A DNA stretch of 64,000 nucleotides from an uncultured Alphaproteobacteria bacterium (GCA_902530685.1 CACAAZ010000002.1:2103-66102), one strand, 5' to 3'. Shown: positions 8,302 through 17,649, counted from the stretch's first letter. Notes: a model not told the origin generated them from the sequence alone. Numbers and translations: made by a program.

Positions 8302-8871
8302 TTATAGAAATGGAACTAAACCAATAAATTTTCTAAATCTATCTCTAATTAAGATGGGGTTGAGAGGAATTGGAATAGTTGAAGTATTTCCTGGCTTTAT
8401 CTTTGAAATAATTACGTAAGAATTACTTTGATCTTCAATAGCTCTTGATAATACATTTGCTGTTTCTTCACCAGAACATTCCAATACATTCTTACAACCG
8501 GCACCTATTGCCACATTTTTTAAAGAAGTGTTTTCATTAGTGAATGTTTTTTGGTCTCCTGTTGAACCATATGTTCCATTATCAACTATCAACAAAGTAT
8601 AGTTTGGGGGAGCTCTGTTCCCAATTGTGGCTAATGTGCTCATATTCATTAATATAGAACCATCACCGTCTATACTAATAACATTTTTTTTTTGTGATAA
8701 TGATAGGCCTAAACCAATAGAAGAGGACAGTCCCATACTACCTAACATATAAAAATAATTTGGTTGATCATTTATTTTATAAAGTTCCTGTGATGGTAGG
8801 CCAATGTTACAAATAACTAAGTTATCTTTAAGAATCTTATTTATATTATTAAATAAATCAAAACGATTCAT
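8302..8871 (-). CDS. comE: sulfopyruvate decarboxylase beta subunit-like (ThDP-binding half)
   Basis: 189 aa; ThDP-binding motif SIDGDGSILMNMSTLATIG...LLIVDNGTYGSTG; 4-nt overlap with the alpha-like gene. Confidence 0.7.
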   Translation of the reverse strand: MNRFDLFNNINKILKDNLVICNIGLPSQELYKINDQPNYFYMLGSMGLSSSIGLGLSLSQKKNVISIDGDGSILMNMSTLATIGNRAPPNYTLLIVDNGTYGSTGDQKTFTNENTSLKNVAIGAGCKNVLECSGEETANVLSRAIEDQSNSYVIISKIKPGNTSTIPIPLNPILIRDRFRKFIGLVPFL

Positions 8872-9368
8872 TTATCATCTTTCATTAAATTGAAATCACA
8901 TAAAATAGCTATTGGTGACTCAACAACTTTGGCATGTTTACTAAATGTGGAAATTTTTTCTAAATCTTTTTCTGATGAGCAATGTAAAATTGGAATTCTA
9001 AGTATTTTGAAGAGATCTTCTGTAATTCTGGCCATTCCCACTTGAGCTCCTACAGGCTCACCTGCTGTACCTCTATAACTAATAAGAAAAACAACTGGTA
9101 TTTGGTAAAATTGTAATAATGAAGTAATTGCATTAATTGAATTTCCAATGCCAGTATTCTGCATTAATATACAAGGAAATTTGTTTCCTAAATAGGCGCC
9201 AGCGCAGATCCCCATACCTTCTTCCTCACGTGGTACAGCAGAATAGTAAATATCTTTATCTTTTTCAAGAATATTAATCATGTTAGCTAATAACTTACAT
9301 GGAACACTTAAGTAAAAATCTACTCCACCTTTTTTTAAATTATCGATAATTTTTTTACTAATTTTCAT
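8868..9368 (-). CDS. comD: sulfopyruvate decarboxylase alpha subunit-like (PYR-domain half)
   Basis: 166 aa; ThDP-enzyme N-terminal (pyrimidine-binding) domain with REEEGMGICAGAYL and QNTGIGNSINA. The split 166+189 aa architecture matches ComD/ComE. Confidence 0.7.
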   Translation of the reverse strand: MKISKKIIDNLKKGGVDFYLSVPCKLLANMINILEKDKDIYYSAVPREEEGMGICAGAYLGNKFPCILMQNTGIGNSINAITSLLQFYQIPVVFLISYRGTAGEPVGAQVGMARITEDLFKILRIPILHCSSEKDLEKISTFSKHAKVVESPIAILCDFNLMKDDK

Positions 9369-9415
9369 TTTTTTTTGATGTCTATAGATATAAAATGATT
9401 AAACAATAACTTAAT

Positions 9416-10468
9416 TTATTTAAAATTATTTCTTAATTTTATCTTAGTGTTTGAAGTATATTCTTCACCTTTTTTTAATATAGTTGATGGAAAATTTGGT
9501 TGATTAATTGCATCGGGGAAGATTTGTGTCTCTAAACACATTCCAAATTGTAAACCATAATTTCTATCATATTTTCCATTGTATGACTCCTTCATCATGT
9601 TACCAGTATAAAATTGTATTCCAGGTTGATCAGTTGCGTATTCGACTCCCATGCCGGTAATTTTACTGTAAATGGAAGCTATAGATTTATCAATTGAGTG
9701 ATTTTTAAGAACATAATTATGATCAATCCCACCACTATCTAAAAAAATATTATTTATTTCAAACGAATTATTTAGATCATATTTTGTATTAACTACATCT
9801 AATAACTTGCCTGTAGGAATTGAGCCTTCATCAGTTTCACAAATTTGATTAGATGATATTTTGACAACATGTTCTGTAATATTTTTGTAATTATCTCTAT
9901 GACCATGAAAGTTCCAATAATTATGATTAGTCATATTTATAATAGTATCTTGATCTGTAGTAGCATGAAAAGAAATTAAAATTTCATTTTTATCATTTAG
10001 CTCGTAAATAGTTTTACAATCTAAGTTACCTGGATAATTCTCTTCTAAATGTTTAGAATAGTATGTGAGCTCTACTTTTATGCTTTTACTCGTTTTATTA
10101 ATATCAGCTATTTGCCAAATCTTTTTATTAAAACCCTCCTTTCCGCCATGAAGATGATCAGGCGCTGTATTAGGATATAAATTATAATCCTCTCCATCAA
10201 GACTAAATTTACTTTGTCCTATTCTATTACAAACTCTTCCAATAATAGAATTAAAATATCCATGAGCTTCCAGGCAATCATCTAAATTACCATAACCTAA
10301 TAATACGTCCTCTGTTTCAGAGTCATTAGAAGAAGTTGGGATACATACTTCACTTATATAACCACCATATGTATAAAAGCTAAAACTGTAATTATTTGAA
10401 TTAATAATATTGACTACATCAATATCTAAACCTTTATCATTTTGAAGTTTGTTAATTCTATATTCCAT
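9416..10468 (-). CDS. galM: aldose 1-epimerase (mutarotase) family protein
   Basis: IGRVCNRIGQSKFSLDGEDYNLYPN...HLHGGKEGFNKKIW and MTNHNYWNF are family-typical blocks. Confidence 0.8.
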   Translation of the reverse strand: MEYRINKLQNDKGLDIDVVNIINSNNYSFSFYTYGGYISEVCIPTSSNDSETEDVLLGYGNLDDCLEAHGYFNSIIGRVCNRIGQSKFSLDGEDYNLYPNTAPDHLHGGKEGFNKKIWQIADINKTSKSIKVELTYYSKHLEENYPGNLDCKTIYELNDKNEILISFHATTDQDTIINMTNHNYWNFHGHRDNYKNITEHVVKISSNQICETDEGSIPTGKLLDVVNTKYDLNNSFEINNIFLDSGGIDHNYVLKNHSIDKSIASIYSKITGMGVEYATDQPGIQFYTGNMMKESYNGKYDRNYGLQFGMCLETQIFPDAINQPNFPSTILKKGEEYTSNTKIKLRNNFK

Positions 10469-11367
10469 TATGTTTTTCTTAATCTTTGAAAATTATTTTT
10501 TCTTTGTTGAAGATAAATGATTAATCCACCTAAAACTATGAAAAAAGTACCTGGAAAAAGTTGGTCAACTGGCCATTCTGCAAAAAATATCCAACCTAAA
10601 ATAAGTGCAAAAAATATTTCAATATAATCAAATGGCATAATTTTACTAAGTTCTGCTTTTCTAGCACCGTAGATTAATAATAAAGTTCCAGATCCTCCTG
10701 CAATTCCCATAACACAAACTATAAAGAAATCTTTTATACTTTTAAAATTTTCCCACATACCGAAAAACATTACTAACATACATGCAACTATGATTGTCCC
10801 TGTTTGACCGTATAAGTTAATAAGAGGTGAAGGAACATGATCCTCAAAACTTAAAGATGTTACCCTTGCTAATGAATATCCAAAAGCAGCAAGGATAGGA
10901 AGTAATAACATATAATTAAAGTCTGATGACCAAGGCTGCATAATTAAAACGATACCCACAAATCCAGAAATTACAGCACTCATTTTGTACCAACCAAATT
11001 TTTCACCTAATATAGGAATGGCAAGAAGAGTAACCATCATAGGTCCTGTGTATTCCATGGTAGCAACTAAAGCAAAAGGGAAGTAAGCATAAGAAGTGTA
11101 GAGACACAATTGAGCTAAGGCTACAAAAACTCCACGAAATAATCCTAACTTCCATTGCGTTATATTTATTTGTCTACCATTTCGGTGCCAATCTTGTGAA
11201 AAATATAAAGCAATGACACATGGGATCATCCCAAATAAATTTCGAAAAACAGAAAGTTGAGCAGCTGGGTAATCGTTTCGCAAAAACTTTATCGCTATGC
11301 CCATACAATCTAATAAGAACAAACCTGAAAGTGATAGGATAACAGCTAAAAATAAATTACTTTTCAT
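10468..11367 (-). CDS. DMT-superfamily (EamA-like) permease
   Basis: ~10 predicted TM helices, two-repeat EamA-like organisation; 1-nt overlap with galM. Confidence 0.75.
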   Translation of the reverse strand: MKSNLFLAVILSLSGLFLLDCMGIAIKFLRNDYPAAQLSVFRNLFGMIPCVIALYFSQDWHRNGRQINITQWKLGLFRGVFVALAQLCLYTSYAYFPFALVATMEYTGPMMVTLLAIPILGEKFGWYKMSAVISGFVGIVLIMQPWSSDFNYMLLLPILAAFGYSLARVTSLSFEDHVPSPLINLYGQTGTIIVACMLVMFFGMWENFKSIKDFFIVCVMGIAGGSGTLLLIYGARKAELSKIMPFDYIEIFFALILGWIFFAEWPVDQLFPGTFFIVLGGLIIYLQQRKNNFQRLRKT

Positions 11368-11398
11368 AAAATGTTATTTGTTTTTAAAAGATACTTTT

Positions 11399-12385
11399 TT
11401 ATAAAACACAACACTGGTCTACCCAGTGACCTGGTTCAACTTCAGTAAGGCCCATTGTTATCTCGCCACCTTTGCAATCTACACCAGGATGAGGACATCT
11501 TGTTCTAAATACACAACCTGGAGGTGGATTTAATGCACTAGGTATTTCTCCTTTTAGTTCAATAGCTTCAGATCTTTTCTCTGGATCAATTGAAGGAATA
11601 GAAGATAATAATGCTTTAGTATAGGAGTGTTTAGGGTTCTTAAATAATTCTCTTGAGGGGCCCATTTCAACTATATGCCCTAAATACATAACTGCAACAA
11701 CATCACATACATGCGCAACAACACTTAAATCATGACTAATAAATAAGTAAGTAAGGTTAAGTTCAGTTTGAAGTTGTTTTAAAAGATTTAATATATCTGC
11801 TTGTATTGATACATCTAAAGCAGCAACACTTTCATCTGCTACAATAAATTTTGGATTACTTACTAAGGCTCTTGCAATTGATATTCTTTGTCTTTGTCCT
11901 CCAGAAAATGCATGAGGGAATCTTCGTAAATGCTCAATATTTAGTCTACATTTAGCTGCGATATCTCTTACTCTTTCATCAGTCTCTTGTCTTGAGTTTG
12001 TTATTTTCATTACTTCTAAAGGTTCTGCAATAATATCCCTAACAGTCATTCTTGGGCTTAAAGCAGCATAAGGATCTTGAAAAATTAGTTGAGCTTTTTT
12101 TCTATATTCTTTTAAATCTTGTTTGTTCATATTAGTTAAATCATAATCTCTTTCATCATCATGAAAAATAACATTTCCTGAACTAATTTTATTAGCCCCA
12201 AGTATTGCTCTACCAAGAGTAGTTTTTCCTGAACCAGACTCACCCACTAAACCAAAAAAGGATCCTTTTTTAATTTTGATATTGATATTATTTACAGCAT
12301 GTATTTTTTGTTTTTTTGAAATAAAATTTTCTTGATAATCAAAATTTACTGAAACATTATTTACTGAAATTAAATTATCACTCAT
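11399..12385 (-). CDS. Opp/Dpp-type ABC transporter ATP-binding protein (F-like)
   Basis: Walker A GESGSGKTT, signature FSGGQRQR, Walker B IVADESVAALD, Cys-rich Opp-type C-terminal tail. Start moved to MSDNLISVNN (ATG 12383..12385), giving an 8-nt overlap. Confidence 0.9.
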   Translation of the reverse strand: MSDNLISVNNVSVNFDYQENFISKKQKIHAVNNINIKIKKGSFFGLVGESGSGKTTLGRAILGANKISSGNVIFHDDERDYDLTNMNKQDLKEYRKKAQLIFQDPYAALSPRMTVRDIIAEPLEVMKITNSRQETDERVRDIAAKCRLNIEHLRRFPHAFSGGQRQRISIARALVSNPKFIVADESVAALDVSIQADILNLLKQLQTELNLTYLFISHDLSVVAHVCDVVAVMYLGHIVEMGPSRELFKNPKHSYTKALLSSIPSIDPEKRSEAIELKGEIPSALNPPPGCVFRTRCPHPGVDCKGGEITMGLTEVEPGHWVDQCCVL

Positions 12386-13370
12386 TTTGACCACACTTAA
12401 TTCCGCATTGATCAACCCAGTGACCTTGTTCAACTTCAACTAATTTCATTTCTATTTTACCATCTTTTCCTTCTGGATTATGATGAGGGCATCGAGTTCT
12501 AAATACACAGCCTGTTGGTCTATCTAATGGACTTGGAATATTTCCAGGTATTGGGGATAACGGTGCGTCTAAATTATTTACATCAGGAAGTGCTTCTAAT
12601 AATCCCTTTGTATAAGGATGCTTTGGGTTTTTTAGAATTTTATTTACCGGTCCTTTTTCAACTACACTCCCAAGGTACATAACTGCAACATCATCTGCAA
12701 TTTGAGCTATTACGCCTAAGTCATGAGTAATAAAAATAACACCCATTTGATACTCTTGAATAATATCTTTTATTAAATTAATAACTTGAGCCTGAATAGT
12801 TACATCTAAAGCTGTTGTGGGTTCATCAGCTAATAATAATTTTGGCATTGTAGACAAAGCCATAGCTATCATTGCTCTTTGACGCATTCCTCCAGATAAT
12901 TCAAAAGCATACTGATTAAATCTTTTTTCTGCATCAGCTATTCCTACTCTATTGAGCATATTTATTGATAAAGATTTTGCCTCTTTTTTATTCATATTTT
13001 TTTTGTGAATTAATAATTGCTCGACCATTTGAGCTCCAATTTTTATAGCTGGAGCGAAGCTTGCCATAGGCTCTTGAAAAATCATTGAAACTTTGCCACC
13101 TCTTATTTTTTTTAGATCTTCTTTAGATGTAAATTTTAATACGTTTTCATTATCTAAAATTATCTCTGCATTGTTATTATAAAAAGTATTTCCAGGATTT
13201 AGTTGCATTATTGATTTTGCAGTTACAGATTTGCCTGATCCTGATTCTCCAACAATACCAAGTACCTTCCCTTGGTCAAGGGAAAGAGAAATGTTTTCTA
13301 CTGCTATAATTCTACCTTCATCAGTATCAAATTTTACATCTAAGTTTTTAACTTCTAATAAATGGCTCAT
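12378..13370 (-). CDS. Opp/Dpp-type ABC transporter ATP-binding protein (D-like)
   Basis: Walker A GESGSGKSV, signature LSGGMRQR, Walker B LLADEPTTALD, Cys-rich C-terminal tail. Confidence 0.9.
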   Translation of the reverse strand: MSHLLEVKNLDVKFDTDEGRIIAVENISLSLDQGKVLGIVGESGSGKSVTAKSIMQLNPGNTFYNNNAEIILDNENVLKFTSKEDLKKIRGGKVSMIFQEPMASFAPAIKIGAQMVEQLLIHKKNMNKKEAKSLSINMLNRVGIADAEKRFNQYAFELSGGMRQRAMIAMALSTMPKLLLADEPTTALDVTIQAQVINLIKDIIQEYQMGVIFITHDLGVIAQIADDVAVMYLGSVVEKGPVNKILKNPKHPYTKGLLEALPDVNNLDAPLSPIPGNIPSPLDRPTGCVFRTRCPHHNPEGKDGKIEMKLVEVEQGHWVDQCGIKCGQNE

Positions 13371-14534
13371 TTAATTTTTGACCTTATGAGGATCAGCCGC
13401 ATCTCGGAGACCATCTCCAACGTAAACAAATGATAAGATAAGAACAACTAAAAATACTACAGGTATAAAATACCACTGATAATTTAATAAAACGTCAGCT
13501 TTTGTAGCATTTTGTAATAATACACCAAGGGAATTTACTGGTTCTCGTAAACCCAATCCAATAAAACTTAAAGCAGTTTCCGAAAGAAGCATGTAAGGAA
13601 AACTGATAACTAAATCTACAATTATATAGCTTGTAAAACTTGGTAGCAAATGCCTTATAATTATATGAGTTGAAGAAGCTCCACACATTTGTGCAGCCAA
13701 AATATATTCTTGACTTCTCTCACTTAGTAAATGAGTTCTTACTCTTCTTGCTAATGTTGGCCATCCAATAAAACCTAATAGAGAAGCTATAAAAAAAAAT
13801 CTTATTTCTGAACTCCAAGTATCTGGCGCAAAAGCAGCTAGTACCATAAATAATGGAATTGGAGGAATAGTTCTTACTGCATCTGTAAACATTTGAAGCA
13901 GGCTATCTATCCAACCTCCATAATACCCTGCAATCCCTCCTATAATTAAAGATAATACAAATGAAATAAAAACACCTAAAGTTCCAACAGCAAGAGAAAT
14001 ATAGATTGCATTTAAAGTTCTGCTGAACAGATCTTTGCCAGCTTTGTCTGTTCCAAATAAATGTATACCACCTTCATCAACACCAAATAAATGAGTATTA
14101 AAAGTAAAACCTGGAATTTTAAAATCAAGAGCTTCTCCTGGTAAGTTTATATTAAAATTAAAAACTTTATACTCCCAACCTTCTACAAAAAATTGTACGT
14201 AACGTCTTTTCTCTTTGTCTTCTTTATAAACCCATCTAAAATTTGTATCTGCTCCTCTGTATTTTGTCATTCCATAAAGAAAGGGTCTTGGAGAAAAACC
14301 ATTTTCGTCCCAAAACATAGGAACCTGAGGGGCACCGTTTTCATAATCTTTGTCTCTTCCAGCTATTGTTGGATCATACGGTGACAAGAATTCAGAAAAA
14401 AGACTGGTAACTATCATAAAGATTAAAATTGAACCCGCAATCATTGCAGTTCTATTTCCAAAGAATCTATTTCTTACTAACTGCATTTGAGTTGCAGTGA
14501 AATATGCTTCCTTCTTTTTTAAATCAACCTCCAC
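13371..14534 (-). CDS. Opp/Dpp-type ABC transporter permease (C-like)
   Basis: Multi-TM protein; conserved loop ILAAQMCGASSTHIIIRHLLPS. Confidence 0.85.
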   Translation of the reverse strand: MEVDLKKKEAYFTATQMQLVRNRFFGNRTAMIAGSILIFMIVTSLFSEFLSPYDPTIAGRDKDYENGAPQVPMFWDENGFSPRPFLYGMTKYRGADTNFRWVYKEDKEKRRYVQFFVEGWEYKVFNFNINLPGEALDFKIPGFTFNTHLFGVDEGGIHLFGTDKAGKDLFSRTLNAIYISLAVGTLGVFISFVLSLIIGGIAGYYGGWIDSLLQMFTDAVRTIPPIPLFMVLAAFAPDTWSSEIRFFFIASLLGFIGWPTLARRVRTHLLSERSQEYILAAQMCGASSTHIIIRHLLPSFTSYIIVDLVISFPYMLLSETALSFIGLGLREPVNSLGVLLQNATKADVLLNYQWYFIPVVFLVVLILSFVYVGDGLRDAADPHKVKN

Positions 14535-15537
14535 CCATCACTCCTTTTCTAATTCTTGGATCTATTATTGCTAATATTATATCTGTAACAAAATTTACAA
14601 AGACAATTGTTGCAGTAAGTAAGAAAATTATTGCACCAGCTAATTGCTGATCATTTGACCTTGCTAAAGCCTCTATTAACAGTGCGCCTGATTCGGTTAA
14701 AATTAAGATTAGAGCAACTATTGGAAGCGCGCTAAAGATTCTATTTAAATCAAAACCTAAAGAATTAATTACAGGACCTAATGAATGCTTGGCAGGATAA
14801 CGAAGTAATAAACTCATTCCAGAGATTCCTCTTGCTCTTGCAGCCATCACGTATAGTTTATCGCTTTCATCAAGCATTAAAGCTCTTACGGTCTGTAATG
14901 CAAAGGCCGTAGCATTCCAACCTAGAACAAAAATCGGTAACCAAGCTCTACTCAAAAAATCTTTTACCCTATCGGATGACCAAGGAACATTTTCAAATTC
15001 TTCTGAAAAAAGACCTGTCATTGTATCGCCATAATAAATTGTCATAAACAACATTATACAAAGTGCTACTAAAAAATTTGGTAGAGCGATTCCTAAATAA
15101 CTTATAAATTTTAATGCGTTATCAAGAGATTTGTATTTAGTGGTCGCAGATATAATACCAACAGGTATTGCTATTGCGTAAGAAAAAAGTAGAGCTGTTA
15201 TACAAATCAATAATGATAGCATAAATCTTCCACTTAATAGTTCATTAATATCCATTCTAAGTATACAGCTTTGTCCAAATTCCCCTTTTAAAACAATATT
15301 TGATATCCAGCTAGAGAACCTTACTGCAAATGGTCTGTCTAAACCTAATTTTTTCTCTTCAGCTGCGATGTCTTCTACAGTAATATTTGAACCTTGTGTA
15401 TTTTTAAAAGCTAAATATCTCTCAGCACAATTCGAGGGAACAAATTCCATTAAAGAAAAAACAATTAGACTAACAAGAAAAAGAGTTAAGCAAGCTAATA
15501 ATGCTCGTGTTAAAGTAAACTGAATAAAATTAATCAT
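14524..15537 (-). CDS. Opp/Dpp-type ABC transporter permease (B-like)
   Basis: Multi-TM protein; conserved loop YVMAARARGISGMSLLLRYPAKHSLGPVIN. Confidence 0.85.
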   Translation of the reverse strand: MINFIQFTLTRALLACLTLFLVSLIVFSLMEFVPSNCAERYLAFKNTQGSNITVEDIAAEEKKLGLDRPFAVRFSSWISNIVLKGEFGQSCILRMDINELLSGRFMLSLLICITALLFSYAIAIPVGIISATTKYKSLDNALKFISYLGIALPNFLVALCIMLFMTIYYGDTMTGLFSEEFENVPWSSDRVKDFLSRAWLPIFVLGWNATAFALQTVRALMLDESDKLYVMAARARGISGMSLLLRYPAKHSLGPVINSLGFDLNRIFSALPIVALILILTESGALLIEALARSNDQQLAGAIIFLLTATIVFVNFVTDIILAIIDPRIRKGVMGGG

Positions 15538-15555
15538 TCTTAAATATTTTTAATT

Positions 15556-15592
15556 AAAAAAAATAAAAGCGGCAATAAGAATTGCCGCTTTT
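15556..15592 (-). terminator. intra-operon rho-independent terminator/attenuator after the binding-protein gene
   Basis: On the minus strand GCGGCAAT-tctt-ATTGCCGC (15569..15588), followed by TTTTATTTTTTTT. Confidence 0.7.
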
Positions 15593-15612
15593 AATAAGAT
15601 AATTATCCTTGA

Positions 15613-17649
15613 CTAATTAGAAAAATACCATTGCTGTGGTAGGTAAGGATATGTTCTGTAATACTCATAAGATGCAGTAGTAAACTCAGTAAAGTTTCCT
15701 AAAACATTTCTGTGGTAAACGGGGAAAGGAGGTGCAACAGTTCCAATAAATAAAAGATTTCCTGTCATTGTCGCAACTAATTTTTCTCCTAAACGTTTAT
15801 TTTCCTCAGAGCCAATAGGCGATGCTTGAAATGCAGCTATATCTTCTATCATTTCATAGGCATATCCTGGAGGTTGAACACCTGAGTCGCCATTAGAATC
15901 AATATACTCAGACCATAGCATAGCGTTTCTATGAGCAAAATAATCTTCGTATGGTGGAACGAAAAGTTTACCCTCTCCCATAATAAGAGCTAATGGCATA
16001 CCTTTTTTCCAAGCACCAACGTCAAGTTCATTTGCTGATTGAGATGATCTGTACTCGTCTGGAGTTATTTCTTTGAAATTAGTTTTAACACCAACTTCAT
16101 TCCAATAACGTGCAACTAGTTCTACCTCTCCACCACCAATACCTTGCGTAGCAAAATCGATATTTAGAACTAGAGGTTCACCATTTGGTAACTCTCTAAA
16201 ACCATCACCATTTCTATCTACCGCTCCTGTTTCATCTAACAGTGAATTAGCTAAATCAGGATCATATTGAGCATAATGTTGTGACCATTTCGCATCGACA
16301 AAATCTGGTCTTGGAGAAAATCCAATGTACTGTTGAGGTGTTCCTAGTCCATAATGAATAACATCATTAATTTCATTTCTATTTATTGCAACTGACATTG
16401 CCTGACGGAAACGAAGGTCACGGAATAAACCTCTTTTTGCTTCATCTGGATGAGTCAAGTTTAAACTAAAAGCTGCTGAACCAACACCAGGTTTAATTTG
16501 AACATTATATTCTCCAGCCTCTGATCCATCCATTAATTGAGGAACAGATTCAAGATTTAAAGATTGAGCTTTATAATCAACTTCTCCATTAACAAGTTTT
16601 AAGATTCTAATTTCGTTTTCATTAATATATCTCTCATTTTGATAATCGATGTAAGGTAGTTGATTACCAGCAGTATCTACCATATGAAAATATGGATTTG
16701 CAGCATACTTTCTACCTTCTGTAGTATCTTCAATAGTAATAAAAGATTCTAGAGATGGATAAACATCAGAAGGAAGATTAGCAACTTTGTCAGGAGTTGC
16801 TAAAAGTGGTGATGGTGTATCAGTCCAACATGAATTTCCATAATATGCTTTCAATACATCATATCCATTTTCATAACCTGCGGCTTGAGCAAGAGCATCA
16901 GCTCCCGAGTTAATATCAGGATGGAATTGACCTAAGTGATGCTTTGGAGCAAATCCTTGACAATAAGAATTTGCAAACATTGCAGTCAATCCTGGTTTTG
17001 GTGCAGGTAAATTAAATACTACAGTTTGAGGATCGATAATATCAACTGTCATTCTTTCTCCACCAACTAATAAATATCCATAGGGTTTCTCTCTTATGTT
17101 TGAATCCATCATAAGATGGTCATACCAAAATTTTACATCTTCAGCAGTAAATGGAGCTCCATCTGACCACTTGTGCCCTTTTCTTAAAACAAAAGTTAAC
17201 TGTGTGTAATCATCATTCCATTCATACGATTTTGCTATATTAGGAACAATTTGCTGAAGGTCATCACTGAAACGCACAAAATTTACATGTCTAGTTGATA
17301 ATAAATCAGATGTTCCTGCTTCAGTGGCGTTTGATAACATTTTGAATGTTCCACCATATGAACCAATAGAATCATAAGGTGAAATTACAAGAGGTTCATC
17401 AGGTAATCTACTTTCCACACTACCTAGCTCTCCATTACCTCTAATTGTTGCATTGATAGAAGCAACATTGGGATTTTCTTTAAAGCTCATTGTACATCCA
17501 GCTAAACTCTCATATTCAGAAAGTTCAAACTGCATTGGGAAAGCTCCTCCATCAACTTTCTTACCCGAGCAGTCTGCAGCAATTGCATTAAAACTCATCG
17601 TTAAAGCTGAAAAAGAAAATATTAATGTTAAAAATAATTTTTTAAACAT
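15613..17649 (-). CDS. ABC transporter substrate-binding protein, family 5 (peptide/opine/oligosaccharide type)
   Basis: Sec signal peptide MFKKLFLTLIFSFSALTMSFNAIA; large family-5-like body. Start moved to the ATG at 17647..17649, which is preceded by GGAGGA. Confidence 0.85.
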   Translation of the reverse strand: MFKKLFLTLIFSFSALTMSFNAIAADCSGKKVDGGAFPMQFELSEYESLAGCTMSFKENPNVASINATIRGNGELGSVESRLPDEPLVISPYDSIGSYGGTFKMLSNATEAGTSDLLSTRHVNFVRFSDDLQQIVPNIAKSYEWNDDYTQLTFVLRKGHKWSDGAPFTAEDVKFWYDHLMMDSNIREKPYGYLLVGGERMTVDIIDPQTVVFNLPAPKPGLTAMFANSYCQGFAPKHHLGQFHPDINSGADALAQAAGYENGYDVLKAYYGNSCWTDTPSPLLATPDKVANLPSDVYPSLESFITIEDTTEGRKYAANPYFHMVDTAGNQLPYIDYQNERYINENEIRILKLVNGEVDYKAQSLNLESVPQLMDGSEAGEYNVQIKPGVGSAAFSLNLTHPDEAKRGLFRDLRFRQAMSVAINRNEINDVIHYGLGTPQQYIGFSPRPDFVDAKWSQHYAQYDPDLANSLLDETGAVDRNGDGFRELPNGEPLVLNIDFATQGIGGGEVELVARYWNEVGVKTNFKEITPDEYRSSQSANELDVGAWKKGMPLALIMGEGKLFVPPYEDYFAHRNAMLWSEYIDSNGDSGVQPPGYAYEMIEDIAAFQASPIGSEENKRLGEKLVATMTGNLLFIGTVAPPFPVYHRNVLGNFTEFTTASYEYYRTYPYLPQQWYFSN

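Noticed and set aside
8302-9368. Alternative reading of the split ThDP decarboxylase as phosphonopyruvate decarboxylase (phosphonate biosynthesis)
   Set aside because: There is no PEP mutase or other phosphonate gene in the window. The two-subunit 166+189 aa format and the co-occurrence with xsc/pta favour ComDE. This is not formally excluded without phylogeny.
12386-12439. 62-nt overlap between the two Opp-type ATPase ORFs (possible frameshift or fusion)
   Set aside because: An internal start (MSDNLISVNN, ATG 12383..12385) gives the normal ABC N-terminus and an ordinary 8-nt overlap. There is no need to invoke recoding.
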